A DNA stretch of 64,000 nt from Klebsiella phage vB_KpnP_PW7. Made by a program: the position numbers and the translations under genes. The notes beneath the pieces are model-generated. The model searched no databases and was not told where the DNA came from. It saw only the letters and a list, made by a program, of their open reading frames with translations. Below, piece by piece: positions 1-8,543 of this stretch. The number at the start of each line of letters is the position of its first letter. Position 1 is the first letter of the stretch. Location: sequence record PQ409239.1. One strand, 5' to 3'.

Positions 1-357
1 CTGCAAATAGTGAAGCTTACTGCTATTACTACGACTACTTACTTAGCCAAGTACTTGCATCTAAAGGATGGAACCAGTGATAGCATGAGATTATATTACT
101 TATCAGGAGAGGGTAACCTATACGTATCCCAGGGTATTAAGTGGACCTGGCATGTAGGAAACAACCCTAACGTTCCTGTCTATGTTCACCCAGAGTTAGA
201 CTTCTACTGGATAGCGGGAGAGTGCTTACTCAGGAATAAATCAGTCAACCTTATCAAGCTGGAACCAGGAAGCTTAGTCTCAGATGTATCCGGCCCATGT
301 TACTTCTTAGCAGAGCACGGTCATAAAGCAGAGCAATTGTTATATAGAACTAAATAG
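1..357 (+). CDS. hypothetical protein, probably 5'-partial (frame open to window edge)
   Basis: Frame is open upstream of the GTG at position 10; no recognisable motif. Confidence 0.35.
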   Translation: MQIVKLTAITTTTYLAKYLHLKDGTSDSMRLYYLSGEGNLYVSQGIKWTWHVGNNPNVPVYVHPELDFYWIAGECLLRNKSVNLIKLEPGSLVSDVSGPCYFLAEHGHKAEQLLYRTK

Positions 358-390
358 GAGGTCTATATGTATAACCTCCTAAATTTTTTC
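356..390 (+). terminator. rho-independent terminator
   Basis: Stem AGGAGGT/ACCTCCT, 11-nt loop, followed by AAATTTTTTC. Confidence 0.6.
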
Positions 391-584
391 ATTGGGATTA
401 TTATCTTATGTATGTACGAGTTAGGGCCTTATAGATAGTTACTCTGCTAATTTTCTTAACCAAAAAGTAGCTCATGTATGTACGGTTGCAGTGTATTGGT
501 GGGGCTACACCCCCTTACACTATGAGTACCCCCCCGGTACTTAGCTCTGCTATGTATGACCCTACCCCACCTTACACTGTACAC

Positions 585-597
585 GTTGCTCCGCAAC
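585..597 (+). promoter_or_regulatory. candidate N4-type vRNAP hairpin promoter (stem GTTGC/GCAAC, loop TCC)
   Basis: 5-bp GC-rich stem with 3-nt loop whose centre is C on the coding strand (G on the template); followed by CTATGG; sits in a repeat-rich intergenic region. Confidence 0.35.
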
Positions 598-640
598 CTA
601 TGGACATGTCGTCCATATCACTCAACCTTGGAGCTATACA

Positions 641-964
641 ATGACTACTACTGCATCTGTACGTATGACTGCTGGAACTTTACTCGGTACAGTAAATGAA
701 GCAGCAACTACTGTAGCTGATACCTTTGGTACTGCTACTAAAGCTGTAGGTATGCTTAACCGTTATGTCACTAAGATGTCTGACAAACAGATTATCCGTG
801 ACAAACTGGAAATGCATGAATTCACAGCGAAGCTGGTAGAAGAAACAGCTATGCAAGAAGCTGTAAGACAGAAAACTATCCTGGAATTCTGCAAAGATGA
901 GCAGAATGGTGAACTCTATGCTTCTGCATATGACCGTTTAACCAAAATCCTGTCTAAAGACTAA
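641..964 (+). CDS. hypothetical early protein
   Basis: 107-aa ORF following an ORF-free region. Confidence 0.5.
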   Translation: MTTTASVRMTAGTLLGTVNEAATTVADTFGTATKAVGMLNRYVTKMSDKQIIRDKLEMHEFTAKLVEETAMQEAVRQKTILEFCKDEQNGELYASAYDRLTKILSKD

Positions 965-971
965 ATCAAAA

Positions 972-1000
972 TTGGCACTCTTCGGGGTGCCAAATTCTTT
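972..1000 (+). terminator. possible weak intrinsic terminator
   Basis: TTGGCAC...GTGCCAA stem then ATTCTTT. Confidence 0.3.
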
Positions 1001-1077
1001 GAATCAGATAGTTCAACTATTTATTCAAAAAGTAGAAACAAAAACCAACTAATCCAACGGATAGTTAAGGAACAAAA

Positions 1078-1254
1078 ATGGCTAAAGCTTCCCTTTATAA
1101 ACTACAAAGGATTAAAGACGGGAAGTGGATAGATATGGGACCAATCCCAGGTATATCCACAAACAAAGACCTTACATATCATGAAGCTATATCATTAGCA
1201 GCAGATTACAAAGGTTTAACTGGTACTAAAAACTACCGTCACGCTAAACAATGA
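1078..1254 (+). CDS. small hypothetical protein (58 aa, below ORF-track cutoff)
   Basis: ATG preceded by AAGGAACAAAA; ends TGA at 1252-1254. Confidence 0.35.
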   Translation: MAKASLYKLQRIKDGKWIDMGPIPGISTNKDLTYHEAISLAADYKGLTGTKNYRHAKQ

Positions 1255-1264
1255 GGAAAACATA

Positions 1265-1393
1265 ATGCCTGACTTCCGTTGCATCAAGCAATACAAACCT
1301 AAGCAGTATAAGAAAGCTAAACCTATCAATGGAGAAACTTCATTGGAACGTTTTGTCAAACTATTCAATAACAAAGGTGACAATAATGCCTAA
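1265..1393 (+). CDS. small hypothetical protein (42 aa), begins MPDFRCIK
   Basis: ATG preceded by GAGGAAAACATA; N-terminus resembles the next ORF (MPKYVCIK). Confidence 0.3.
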   Translation: MPDFRCIKQYKPKQYKKAKPINGETSLERFVKLFNNKGDNNA

Positions 1394-1598
1394 GTATGTG
1401 TGTATCAAATCAAAGACTGAAGCTGTACCGGAAGGAACTGTAATCATAGCAACACCTACTGGAGCTGGCCGTATTGTATTACTACGTGACAGTGATTTAG
1501 TAGTAAGCGAATACAATGACATGCCTTACTTCCAACGTGGTCAGGAACTACCACTTACTGGGAGTTTGTGGCACTGGGAAGAATTAAAAACTGCCTAA
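1386..1598 (+). CDS. small hypothetical protein (70 aa)
   Basis: Internal Met of ORF 1329..1598 with RBS AAGGTGA; overlaps the previous small ORF by ATGCCTAA. Confidence 0.4.
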   Translation: MPKYVCIKSKTEAVPEGTVIIATPTGAGRIVLLRDSDLVVSEYNDMPYFQRGQELPLTGSLWHWEELKTA

Positions 1599-1602
1599 AA
1601 CC

Positions 1603-1619
1603 AAGACGCTCCGCGTCTT
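1603..1619 (+). promoter_or_regulatory. candidate N4-type vRNAP hairpin promoter (stem AAGACGC/GCGTCTT, loop TCC)
   Basis: Perfect 7-bp stem with 3-nt loop, no downstream T-tract; followed by ATGG; same architecture as 7392..7408. Confidence 0.45.
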
Positions 1620-1730
1620 ATGGATGATGTTATGCATCCAATCCTGTATGAAATCTTAACCTTTTGTTTGGGTGTTCTCACCGACAGAGGCACTCAGCAT
1701 AAACTTAATCAATTATCTGGAGAGTACAAA

Positions 1731-2126
1731 ATGGCTATCGAATCCTTTGCAAAAACCTTTGGTAACAAATCTAACGCAGCTGCTGCAACGGCTGAATCTA
1801 AGCCTAAAGCTCAGTATTGGCTGAACATTGGCTATGTTGCTAATGAAGGCACTGAAGATGAGAAATTCATCTCTCTGCCCACGGGTATTCCACTGGATAC
1901 CCAGGAGCATCTGCCGACTAACAGCAGCAATGCTGACTTCCGTGCACTTCGTTGTGCTCAGAACGACCTGCTGGACCAGCTCATGGACTTTGCTAAAGAC
2001 CTGGAACCAGGTGCTGAAGGTATCATTCAGCTGCAAGTTCAACTTCGTCGTGTGAAAGCACCGGAAGCAGATATCCCTGCTGAAGAGAATAAGTATGCAC
2101 GTACTCTGTCTTTCGTAAGCAAGTAA
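1731..2126 (+). CDS. hypothetical early protein
   Basis: Start moved to Met38 of ORF 1620..2126 (RBS GGAGAG), because the upstream ATG overlaps the hairpin at 1603..1619. Confidence 0.45.
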   Translation: MAIESFAKTFGNKSNAAAATAESKPKAQYWLNIGYVANEGTEDEKFISLPTGIPLDTQEHLPTNSSNADFRALRCAQNDLLDQLMDFAKDLEPGAEGIIQLQVQLRRVKAPEADIPAEENKYARTLSFVSK

Positions 2127-2135
2127 ACGTGCATT

Positions 2136-2166
2136 GGGACTCCCTACGGGGAGTCCTTTTATTTTT
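2136..2166 (+). terminator. rho-independent terminator
   Basis: GGGACTCCC tacg GGGAGTCC followed by TTTTATTTTT. Confidence 0.7.
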
Positions 2167-2270
2167 AACCGACGATAAACTAAGTTTAACTTTTAAGTCC
2201 TTTTCGACGAAGAGGGGATAAAAGCTAACCGTAATTTCGAGCAGCTAACTTAGAAGAAGGAGTAAGCAAG

Positions 2271-2573
2271 ATGCGTACATTATGTAACCGTTTTAACCCA
2301 CAGAAGTTAATCGCTATGACCAGCTTGTATGGTAGTGGTATGGGCTTTGCCAAACGCTGGCAGGTATCTGTATCAGATGACCGGGGTCGTTGTTATGACC
2401 ATTACTTTGTAGCTAAGCCTACTCGTAAACAGATTCGTAAACTCCACAAAGTGCGTAAGCACTACCTACCTCGTAAATGCTACGAGTGTGGCAAACGAAT
2501 CAAACTGGGAGATGAGTTTTCCTGGGATGACCTTAACTATGCTCACACTAACTGCATTGGAGCCAAGAAATGA
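2271..2573 (+). CDS. hypothetical protein with C-terminal Cys/His cluster (CYECGK...HTNC)
   Basis: 100-aa ORF; possible zinc-binding motif. Confidence 0.45.
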   Translation: MRTLCNRFNPQKLIAMTSLYGSGMGFAKRWQVSVSDDRGRCYDHYFVAKPTRKQIRKLHKVRKHYLPRKCYECGKRIKLGDEFSWDDLNYAHTNCIGAKK

Positions 2574-2908
2574 ACTATCAACAAATCATCCTTAACTTCC
2601 TTAAAGCATACAAAGCATGGGTAGAGGCAGGTGCACCTAAGCACGAGATATTTCATAAAGAGCACGGCTTGTGTACTAACCTGAACAACTATGCTCGTAG
2701 CATCTATGCAGATGACGAAGACACTGTATGGTACATCTCAGATGAGCTAGTAACTATGTTCAGAATGGATGGGTTAAGTGCTTTGATTCCATTTAACCAC
2801 CCTGAAAAGGGACAGCCTATTTACTCCAATGAAGTACATCATGAAAACCCATGGCGTATGCAGTGGGTTGCTAAAACTATCAGCAAACTAGAAGGAGAGA
2901 CAAAATGA
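2570..2908 (+). CDS. hypothetical protein, tandem paralog A
   Basis: 112 aa; shares LKAYKxWVEAG.PKH, HGLC.NL and EVHHEN.WR..WV with the next ORF. Confidence 0.55.
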   Translation: MNYQQIILNFLKAYKAWVEAGAPKHEIFHKEHGLCTNLNNYARSIYADDEDTVWYISDELVTMFRMDGLSALIPFNHPEKGQPIYSNEVHHENPWRMQWVAKTISKLEGETK

Positions 2909-3243
2909 GCAACATGTACATTATCCTATTGTTCCTGAAAGCCTATAAAGAATGGGTAGAAGCTGGTGTACCTAAGCATGCATACTTTGACCCTACTCAT
3001 GGGCTGTGTAGTAACCTGGACCGCTTTGTCTTAAATACCTACCATGTAGGTGGCAACCGTTTAATATCGATAGGGGACAGTTTATGCTATCTATTTAAAG
3101 AAGATGGCTTAAGTGACATATTACCATTTAATAAAACGTCACTTGGTCAGCCTCGCTACATTCATGAGGTTCACCACGAGAACCTATGGCGTATTAAGTG
3201 GGTAAATGACACCATTACCAAACTTGAAGGAAAATTCAAATGA
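2905..3243 (+). CDS. hypothetical protein, tandem paralog B
   Basis: 112 aa; paralog of 2570..2908; 4-nt ATGA overlaps. Confidence 0.55.
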   Translation: MSNMYIILLFLKAYKEWVEAGVPKHAYFDPTHGLCSNLDRFVLNTYHVGGNRLISIGDSLCYLFKEDGLSDILPFNKTSLGQPRYIHEVHHENLWRIKWVNDTITKLEGKFK

Positions 3244-3431
3244 ATCCTAATGCTGTTCCACTAGGAACCAAGGTAGTACTTGTAGTATTGGTTGTAGCAG
3301 CAATCATTGGTGTATTTGCTGTTACTGGTCCCATTGGTGGACTACTATTCTTTGCTTTCCTGACCTACTCAGTATTAAACAAAGCACCACGTAAGGATGT
3401 TAACTCACGTGGTGACCAGGGAGACTTCTAA
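3240..3431 (+). CDS. small membrane protein (2 TM)
   Basis: 63 aa, hydrophobic VVLVVLVVAAIIGVFAV...LLFFAFLTYSVL. Confidence 0.45.
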   Translation: MNPNAVPLGTKVVLVVLVVAAIIGVFAVTGPIGGLLFFAFLTYSVLNKAPRKDVNSRGDQGDF

Positions 3432-3641
3432 TGGGACCATTGGAATCACAGATGTATATCTGGGCAATTATATGGCTAGTAATAGCATTACTGGTAGCAC
3501 TAGCCTTCTACATTACAGAGGATTAACTAGTGACATACAGTCTTAGATGGTGGCTTATATCCTACTGGCAATCAATGCAGATATATAGCACAGGTCTTAA
3601 CTTCGAACAGAAGTACCGATTCATACAGTATGTAGTCAAAG

Positions 3642-3848
3642 TTGGAGCTAACAATGCGTAAATCATTAATCATGGGAACCAAAGAAGATGTGCTCACGTC
3701 TACTAGACTCCGTAACAAAAATGAACAGAGTAACCGCTATACTAAACAAGCTAATACTATGGCAGTGCACAATACTGGTAATACTGTGTCACCTGTTGGT
3801 ATTAGTAAGCGAACTATTGTGACCTTCAATCACCCGTGCATTAGCTAA
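3642..3848 (+). CDS. hypothetical small protein
   Basis: ORF followed by a terminator. Confidence 0.3.
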   Translation: MELTMRKSLIMGTKEDVLTSTRLRNKNEQSNRYTKQANTMAVHNTGNTVSPVGISKRTIVTFNHPCIS

Positions 3849-3853
3849 TATAA

Positions 3854-3885
3854 GAGAGTCCTTCGGGACTCTTTTTATTTTGTTT
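3854..3885 (+). terminator. rho-independent terminator
   Basis: GAGTCC ttcg GGACTC followed by TTTTTATTTTGTTTTT. Confidence 0.7.
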
Positions 3886-3923
3886 TTCAGATAGAGATAT
3901 TCAGGAGATAGTTATAGATAACC

Positions 3924-4232
3924 ATGAACGAGTTAATTCAAATTGAACCAACAAGGTCTGCTATATCTGACCGTAATGTACGCATTCACTATCCTATGCC
4001 TTTGCATAATCCCTTTAAATCAAACGAGCGAGTTACAGTAGCTGAATCACTATTAGCTTATGAAGCTTGGCTACGTAACCGCCTGATTTCAGGGGATAAA
4101 CTGATAGTTGCTGAAATGACTCGTATTATCGAGTTATTACAGGATGGCACAAGTAAACCAGTAGGCTTAATCGGATATGCTGGTGAAATAGACGTAATCC
4201 GTAAAATTATCAGTGAGGTGCTTAATCAATGA
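3924..4232 (+). CDS. hypothetical protein
   Basis: 102-aa ORF translationally coupled to the next gene. Confidence 0.45.
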   Translation: MNELIQIEPTRSAISDRNVRIHYPMPLHNPFKSNERVTVAESLLAYEAWLRNRLISGDKLIVAEMTRIIELLQDGTSKPVGLIGYAGEIDVIRKIISEVLNQ

Positions 4233-4585
4233 AACTAATCGTAGCTGGTGGAAGAGATTTTGCTAATACTGGGTTAATGATTGAAGCCTTAACTAAATTA
4301 GTTGAGGAAAACAAAATAGATTCAAATCCGGAATTAGTATGTGGTATGGCTCGTGGTGCTGATATGCTTGCATATAGCCTATGGGCTAACCACAATATGA
4401 AAATCTATACATTCCCGGCAGATTGGAAAACTCATACAAGAAGTGCTGGTTATATTCGCAATGCAGAAATGGGTAATTTTGCAGATGTGCTTGTTGCCTT
4501 CTGGGATGGTAAGTCCAGAGGAACCAAGCACATGATTGAATATATGCAAAAGCTTGGAAAACCTACTCACGTAATAGGATACTAA
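4229..4585 (+). CDS. SLOG-family (DUF2493/YspA-like) Rossmann-fold protein
   Basis: Motifs VAGGRDF and GMARGADMLA, typical of SLOG/DprA-like nucleotide-binding domains. Confidence 0.45.
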   Translation: MKLIVAGGRDFANTGLMIEALTKLVEENKIDSNPELVCGMARGADMLAYSLWANHNMKIYTFPADWKTHTRSAGYIRNAEMGNFADVLVAFWDGKSRGTKHMIEYMQKLGKPTHVIGY

Positions 4586-4586
4586 T

Positions 4587-4811
4587 ATGTCAGCCGAAAT
4601 CGTAGATAAACGAAATATGGAGTTGGTACCTGCTTCTGTATTAAAGCAAGGTGACCACATAATTGACCAGTTTAAAAATGTACTGGTTGTTACCAACAAC
4701 AGTAAAAACTATATGAACTGTACTTCTATTTCTACAGGAGAACCATTTACATTTTCTTCTGACAAATTAGTACAACAAGTTCATTTAGTAGTCTCGGTGC
4801 ACTTAATATGA
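4587..4811 (+). CDS. hypothetical protein
   Basis: 74-aa ORF in an operon-like array. Confidence 0.35.
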   Translation: MSAEIVDKRNMELVPASVLKQGDHIIDQFKNVLVVTNNSKNYMNCTSISTGEPFTFSSDKLVQQVHLVVSVHLI

Positions 4812-5086
4812 AGATAATTACCTTCCCTACTCATAGAGTTATTTTCTATATGGAACAAGAAATTGAAGTTCCATTGTGGGCAAGGTATGTAGCTGCATAT
4901 CCAGGTAATTATGGCAAGTTAGTATCTTTAATAGGATTTGCCAATAAGCCTCGTGTAACTAAGAATGGAGTATGGCTCATACCTAAAGTATTCAAAGACC
5001 GTCAACAAGAGGAAATAGGCGTTATCAGACACTCTGATATTAACAAAACCAACTTTCATAAAACGCTACAAGGCCCATTCAAATGA
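4808..5086 (+). CDS. hypothetical protein
   Basis: 92 aa; ATGA overlap with the preceding gene. Confidence 0.4.
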   Translation: MKIITFPTHRVIFYMEQEIEVPLWARYVAAYPGNYGKLVSLIGFANKPRVTKNGVWLIPKVFKDRQQEEIGVIRHSDINKTNFHKTLQGPFK

Positions 5087-5403
5087 AACAAATAGCTATT
5101 ATCCATGACGTAGGGTATGCAGATATTGACAAAATGATGAAGTCCATAGATTACGTAAGTAATTACAGTAAAACATTTGATGGAGACTTCTTACTGCATA
5201 TTCACAAAGACTCAGCATTACTGCCTATTATTGAAGGCTCAGGACTTCCATATAAAGCAGTGGATGAGTTCATTGAAGAACCAGATGTGATGATTGCATT
5301 CTCTACCTGGGATGAGGGTACATTCGCTAAGTCTTCATTAATGAAACAATGGATGGCACGTAAGCCCGTATATGCATTTCAATTAGCTAAGGAGGCTCCA
5401 TGA
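5083..5403 (+). CDS. hypothetical protein
   Basis: 106 aa; coupled overlaps on both sides. Confidence 0.4.
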   Translation: MKQIAIIHDVGYADIDKMMKSIDYVSNYSKTFDGDFLLHIHKDSALLPIIEGSGLPYKAVDEFIEEPDVMIAFSTWDEGTFAKSSLMKQWMARKPVYAFQLAKEAP

Positions 5404-5801
5404 AAGTAATTAAATTGGGTGATAACACTAATGCTTTACTTGGCGTAGCAACCTGCCCAATAGTAATTATTAATAAACACCATGGCAAACAAGGTGAATA
5501 TATTGGGCGAGGTTCCCCATTAGGTAATCCTTACTCACATATGGAGGGTACCAAAGCCCAATTTAAAACAAAAACCAGAGAGCAAGCAATCGAACTCTAC
5601 AGAGTATGGCTCAATGAGCAAATAGCTAACAACAATCCTGCTGTATTAGCTGAACTCAATCGCCTTGGTAATAAAGCCATTGACGACAAAGGGCTGACCT
5701 TACAGTGCTTCTGTTACCCGAAACCGTGCCATGGTGAGGTGATTAAAGAGAAGCTTGTACAGGCTATGTACACTTACTTTGAGGAGCATCCAAATGGCTA
5801 A
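5400..5801 (+). CDS. DUF4326-family protein
   Basis: Motif YIGRGSPLGNPY close to the N-terminus as in DUF4326; 133 aa. Confidence 0.45.
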   Translation: MKVIKLGDNTNALLGVATCPIVIINKHHGKQGEYIGRGSPLGNPYSHMEGTKAQFKTKTREQAIELYRVWLNEQIANNNPAVLAELNRLGNKAIDDKGLTLQCFCYPKPCHGEVIKEKLVQAMYTYFEEHPNG

Positions 5802-6138
5802 TAAAGCTATTAAGCATCCCCAACTGTGGGTTATACGGCATATGCCGTCAGGTAAATGCATACCTGAACCCAGCTCTGTAGGGGAATCCCGTTATACCTG
5901 GGTAGAACCAAGTGATACAGGCATACCTCGACTGTTCCGTAGTGAGGACTCAGCCAAACGAGCATTAACTCAATGGCTTAGAGGCAGACACCATCTGGAA
6001 ACTGATATAGAGGATGCTTGCGAATGGGGCAAATCCTACGAAGTAGTGGTTGGTACCTACGCAGAGCCTGTATCTACCCGCGAAAGGGCAGAAATGGAAG
6101 TAGTACCCGTATCCTTACATACAAGCAATGAGGAGTAA
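5794..6138 (+). CDS. hypothetical protein
   Basis: Start at the ATG overlapping the upstream stop (ATGGCTAATAA), RBS GAGGAG. Confidence 0.4.
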   Translation: MANKAIKHPQLWVIRHMPSGKCIPEPSSVGESRYTWVEPSDTGIPRLFRSEDSAKRALTQWLRGRHHLETDIEDACEWGKSYEVVVGTYAEPVSTRERAEMEVVPVSLHTSNEE

Positions 6139-6346
6139 TAGTATGTTAGCTAAAGCAGGTACACGTAAAGACTATGTTCGTAAAGAACTTAAGTTCCAGC
6201 ACGAAGGTAAGGAGTACGTAGTAGTAATCCAATGTACCAATAGGAAGCTGAAAGAGGCTGAAAATAACGCAACTTTTAGTTGTGGTGCAAAATTAAATTC
6301 ATGCGAACTGTTCGATATGACAACTTATAGGAAATCCAATAAATGA
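6128..6346 (+). CDS. hypothetical protein
   Basis: 72-aa ORF. Confidence 0.35.
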   Translation: MRSNSMLAKAGTRKDYVRKELKFQHEGKEYVVVIQCTNRKLKEAENNATFSCGAKLNSCELFDMTTYRKSNK

Positions 6347-6540
6347 GTAACAAAGTATGTACCTGTGGTAAAGGCTATGTATCCCGCTGGGATAACCAAT
6401 GTGGTAAATGCCGTACTAATCGTCAGAACAAACAGCACTCTTACATTCTGAGTCATGACTACCTTTGGGTAGGCGTTGATATGAATGATGAGCAAGCTGT
6501 ATTGGCTCACTATAAAGAACTCAGAAGGACTCTCAAATGA
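6343..6540 (+). CDS. small Cys-rich (zinc-ribbon-like) protein
   Basis: CTCGK...CGKC motif. Confidence 0.4.
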   Translation: MSNKVCTCGKGYVSRWDNQCGKCRTNRQNKQHSYILSHDYLWVGVDMNDEQAVLAHYKELRRTLK

Positions 6541-6917
6541 AAGAGGTATTTGTATTCGGTAGTAACCTCGCTGGTATCCATGGTGCTGGTGCTGCTAAGA
6601 CTGCATATAAGAAGCATGGCGCTCGCTGGGGTATGGGCGTTGGTCACTATGGTTGCAGCTATGCTATCCCAACCAAAGACCAGCACATCAAGACCATGGC
6701 CTTAGAGGACATCAGAACCTTCGTAGAAGGCTTTATCATCTATGCAGCCTCACACCCAGAATGGGACTTTAAAGTCACCAGAGTGGGTTGTGGCCTAGCA
6801 GGATTGGATGATGCTGTTATGGCATCTATGTTCAAACATGCAACTGGTAACTGTTCATTCGACCTGGCATGGCAAAGCTATCTGGGTGATGAACATACCT
6901 ACTGGGGAACTTTCTAA
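6537..6917 (+). CDS. hypothetical protein with Gly-rich motif FGSNLAGIHGAGAAK (Rossmann/macro-like?)
   Basis: 126 aa; motif resembles nucleotide/ADP-ribose binding loops but family not assigned. Confidence 0.4.
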   Translation: MKEVFVFGSNLAGIHGAGAAKTAYKKHGARWGMGVGHYGCSYAIPTKDQHIKTMALEDIRTFVEGFIIYAASHPEWDFKVTRVGCGLAGLDDAVMASMFKHATGNCSFDLAWQSYLGDEHTYWGTF

Positions 6918-7117
6918 TGACCAAACAAGAAAGGAATTTAAACGCTGCCTGGGGTGTTTATATTCATGGGCGTCTTCAGTTAATTGAAGAGGCTATTCGT
7001 GCAGGCAAACCAGATGCTGAAATAGTAGATGTACTCTTTGGCGAGAGCAGCATCAATGTAGCCAAACAAACCATTTCAGCAGCAAGAGCATATATTGCGA
7101 GGGAAAACGATGAGTAG
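6917..7117 (+). CDS. hypothetical protein
   Basis: 66-aa ORF. Confidence 0.35.
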   Translation: MTKQERNLNAAWGVYIHGRLQLIEEAIRAGKPDAEIVDVLFGESSINVAKQTISAARAYIARENDE

Positions 7118-7388
7118 CTATGAAGAATTATATGGTGCTCACGTAGTTTACAAGAGCAAGGTATTTGCTGAACTTTATTCAACACTTCAGAGCATGATTA
7201 AAGCTCGAACCAAAGCAGGTTACGTTAACGGTATTACCCACATAGTAGTGCCTGAACAATTTGCTAATGTGCTTTGGATAAGGGATACACCTTGCATCAA
7301 AGTAAAAGTATGGCCCTCTAAGGGACGTTATGTAAACACACAGTATATCCCTGGCAGACTGTATATCAGTTTTGAAACTAAGCGTTAA
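7110..7388 (+). CDS. hypothetical protein
   Basis: Start at second Met (RBS GAGGGAAAA). Confidence 0.4.
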   Translation: MSSYEELYGAHVVYKSKVFAELYSTLQSMIKARTKAGYVNGITHIVVPEQFANVLWIRDTPCIKVKVWPSKGRYVNTQYIPGRLYISFETKR

Positions 7389-7391
7389 GTA

Positions 7392-7408
7392 AAGCAGCTC
7401 CGCTGCTT
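7392..7408 (+). promoter_or_regulatory. candidate N4-type vRNAP hairpin promoter (stem AAGCAGC/GCTGCTT, loop TCC)
   Basis: 7-bp stem, 3-nt TCC loop, no T-tract, followed by GTGG; lies 30 nt upstream of the RNAP1 gene. Confidence 0.45.
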
Positions 7409-7438
7409 GTGGTAATTAAACTAATTGAGGAATAAGCG

Positions 7439-8254
7439 ATGACTACCAAGTTAGAACATCAGATGCAACTCGAACTGTTATTCAGCAAGAACCAACTCAT
7501 GCCTCGTATGAGGAAAGAGTTCGAAGAATCAGAAGATATCGACTTTGTCGGTTTCTTCAAAAGCATTGATATCGACCCTAAGTTTGGTATCGATGCAATG
7601 GTACAAATGGCTCTGCACAAACGAGCCGACCTACCTACCTTAGTAGGAAGCCTGTGGCATCACTATGACAATGCACAGGATGTAGCAGACGCCTTATTTA
7701 AAATGGCGTCAGAAGACTGCTTTGACTATGACCCTAAGATTGACAAGTTCATTGTCCGTTACGGGATTAGTCAGGATGTACAGCTGGAACTGGAAGCATT
7801 CCAGTATCCACTACCAATGGTAGTTCAGCCTAAAGCTGTTACCTGCAACCGAGATACCGGTTACTTAGTAAGTAAGGGCAGCATTATCCTGAAAAAGAAC
7901 CATACGGAAGATGATGTGTGCTTAGACCACATCAACCGTATGAACTCTATAAAGCTATCCATCAACTGGGACGTAGCCAAGATGGTTAAGAATAGCTGGA
8001 GAAACCTGGATAAATGCAAAGAAGGTGAAACTCGTGAAGAGTATCAGAAACGAGTAAAAGCCTTTGAGAAGTATGACCGAACAGCTCATGAAGTAATGCA
8101 GCTGTTGACCCAAGAAGGAAATGAATTCCATCTGACGCACAAGTATGACAAACGTGGTCGTACTTACTCACAGGGCTATCATATCAACTATCAGGGTACT
8201 AGCTGGAACAAAGCAGTACTCGAATTTGCAGATAAGGAATATGTAAATGAATAG
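7439..8254 (+). CDS. phage RNA polymerase II small subunit (N4 gp15-like RNAP1)
   Basis: 271 aa, immediately upstream of the RNAP2 gene carrying T7-like palm motifs; size and position match N4 gp15. Confidence 0.6.
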   Translation: MTTKLEHQMQLELLFSKNQLMPRMRKEFEESEDIDFVGFFKSIDIDPKFGIDAMVQMALHKRADLPTLVGSLWHHYDNAQDVADALFKMASEDCFDYDPKIDKFIVRYGISQDVQLELEAFQYPLPMVVQPKAVTCNRDTGYLVSKGSIILKKNHTEDDVCLDHINRMNSIKLSINWDVAKMVKNSWRNLDKCKEGETREEYQKRVKAFEKYDRTAHEVMQLLTQEGNEFHLTHKYDKRGRTYSQGYHINYQGTSWNKAVLEFADKEYVNE

Positions 8255-8543
8255 CAAACAGAAAATGTTCTACCCACTGGTAGCAAAAGAAGGTGGCATG
8301 GGCCTGCTCACTGTAGGCGAGGACGGTACCTTACTCTACTCAGCAATTGATACTAAAACGGGTAATCCCGTAACTGTGGTGCTGTACTTCAACGAACAGA
8401 CCAGCAGTACTCTGCTTAATACCATTGAGGAACTGGCTACTATCCAGAAGAAGTATGCAGAATCTCGTGTAGACAATGAACCAGCTGAAGAATCATTCCA
8501 TGCGATGCTGGAAGCATTAAAACCATCCGGTAAACCTAACTAA
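8247..8543 (+). CDS. hypothetical protein between RNAP subunit genes
   Basis: 98-aa ORF. Confidence 0.4.
   Translation: MNSKQKMFYPLVAKEGGMGLLTVGEDGTLLYSAIDTKTGNPVTVVLYFNEQTSSTLLNTIEELATIQKKYAESRVDNEPAEESFHAMLEALKPSGKPN

Noticed and set aside
1620-1730. N-terminal 37 aa of ORF 1620..2126 and terminator-overlapping starts of ORFs 16325, 37305 and 11002
   Set aside because: The ATG at 1620 lies inside the promoter-like hairpin, and the other ORF-track starts lie inside terminator stems. Internal Met codons with good RBS were preferred.
1713-2055. Reverse-strand 109-aa ORF and forward-strand 75-aa ORF nested in gene 1731..2126
   Set aside because: Alternative frames inside a gene with operon-consistent orientation, and no RBS.
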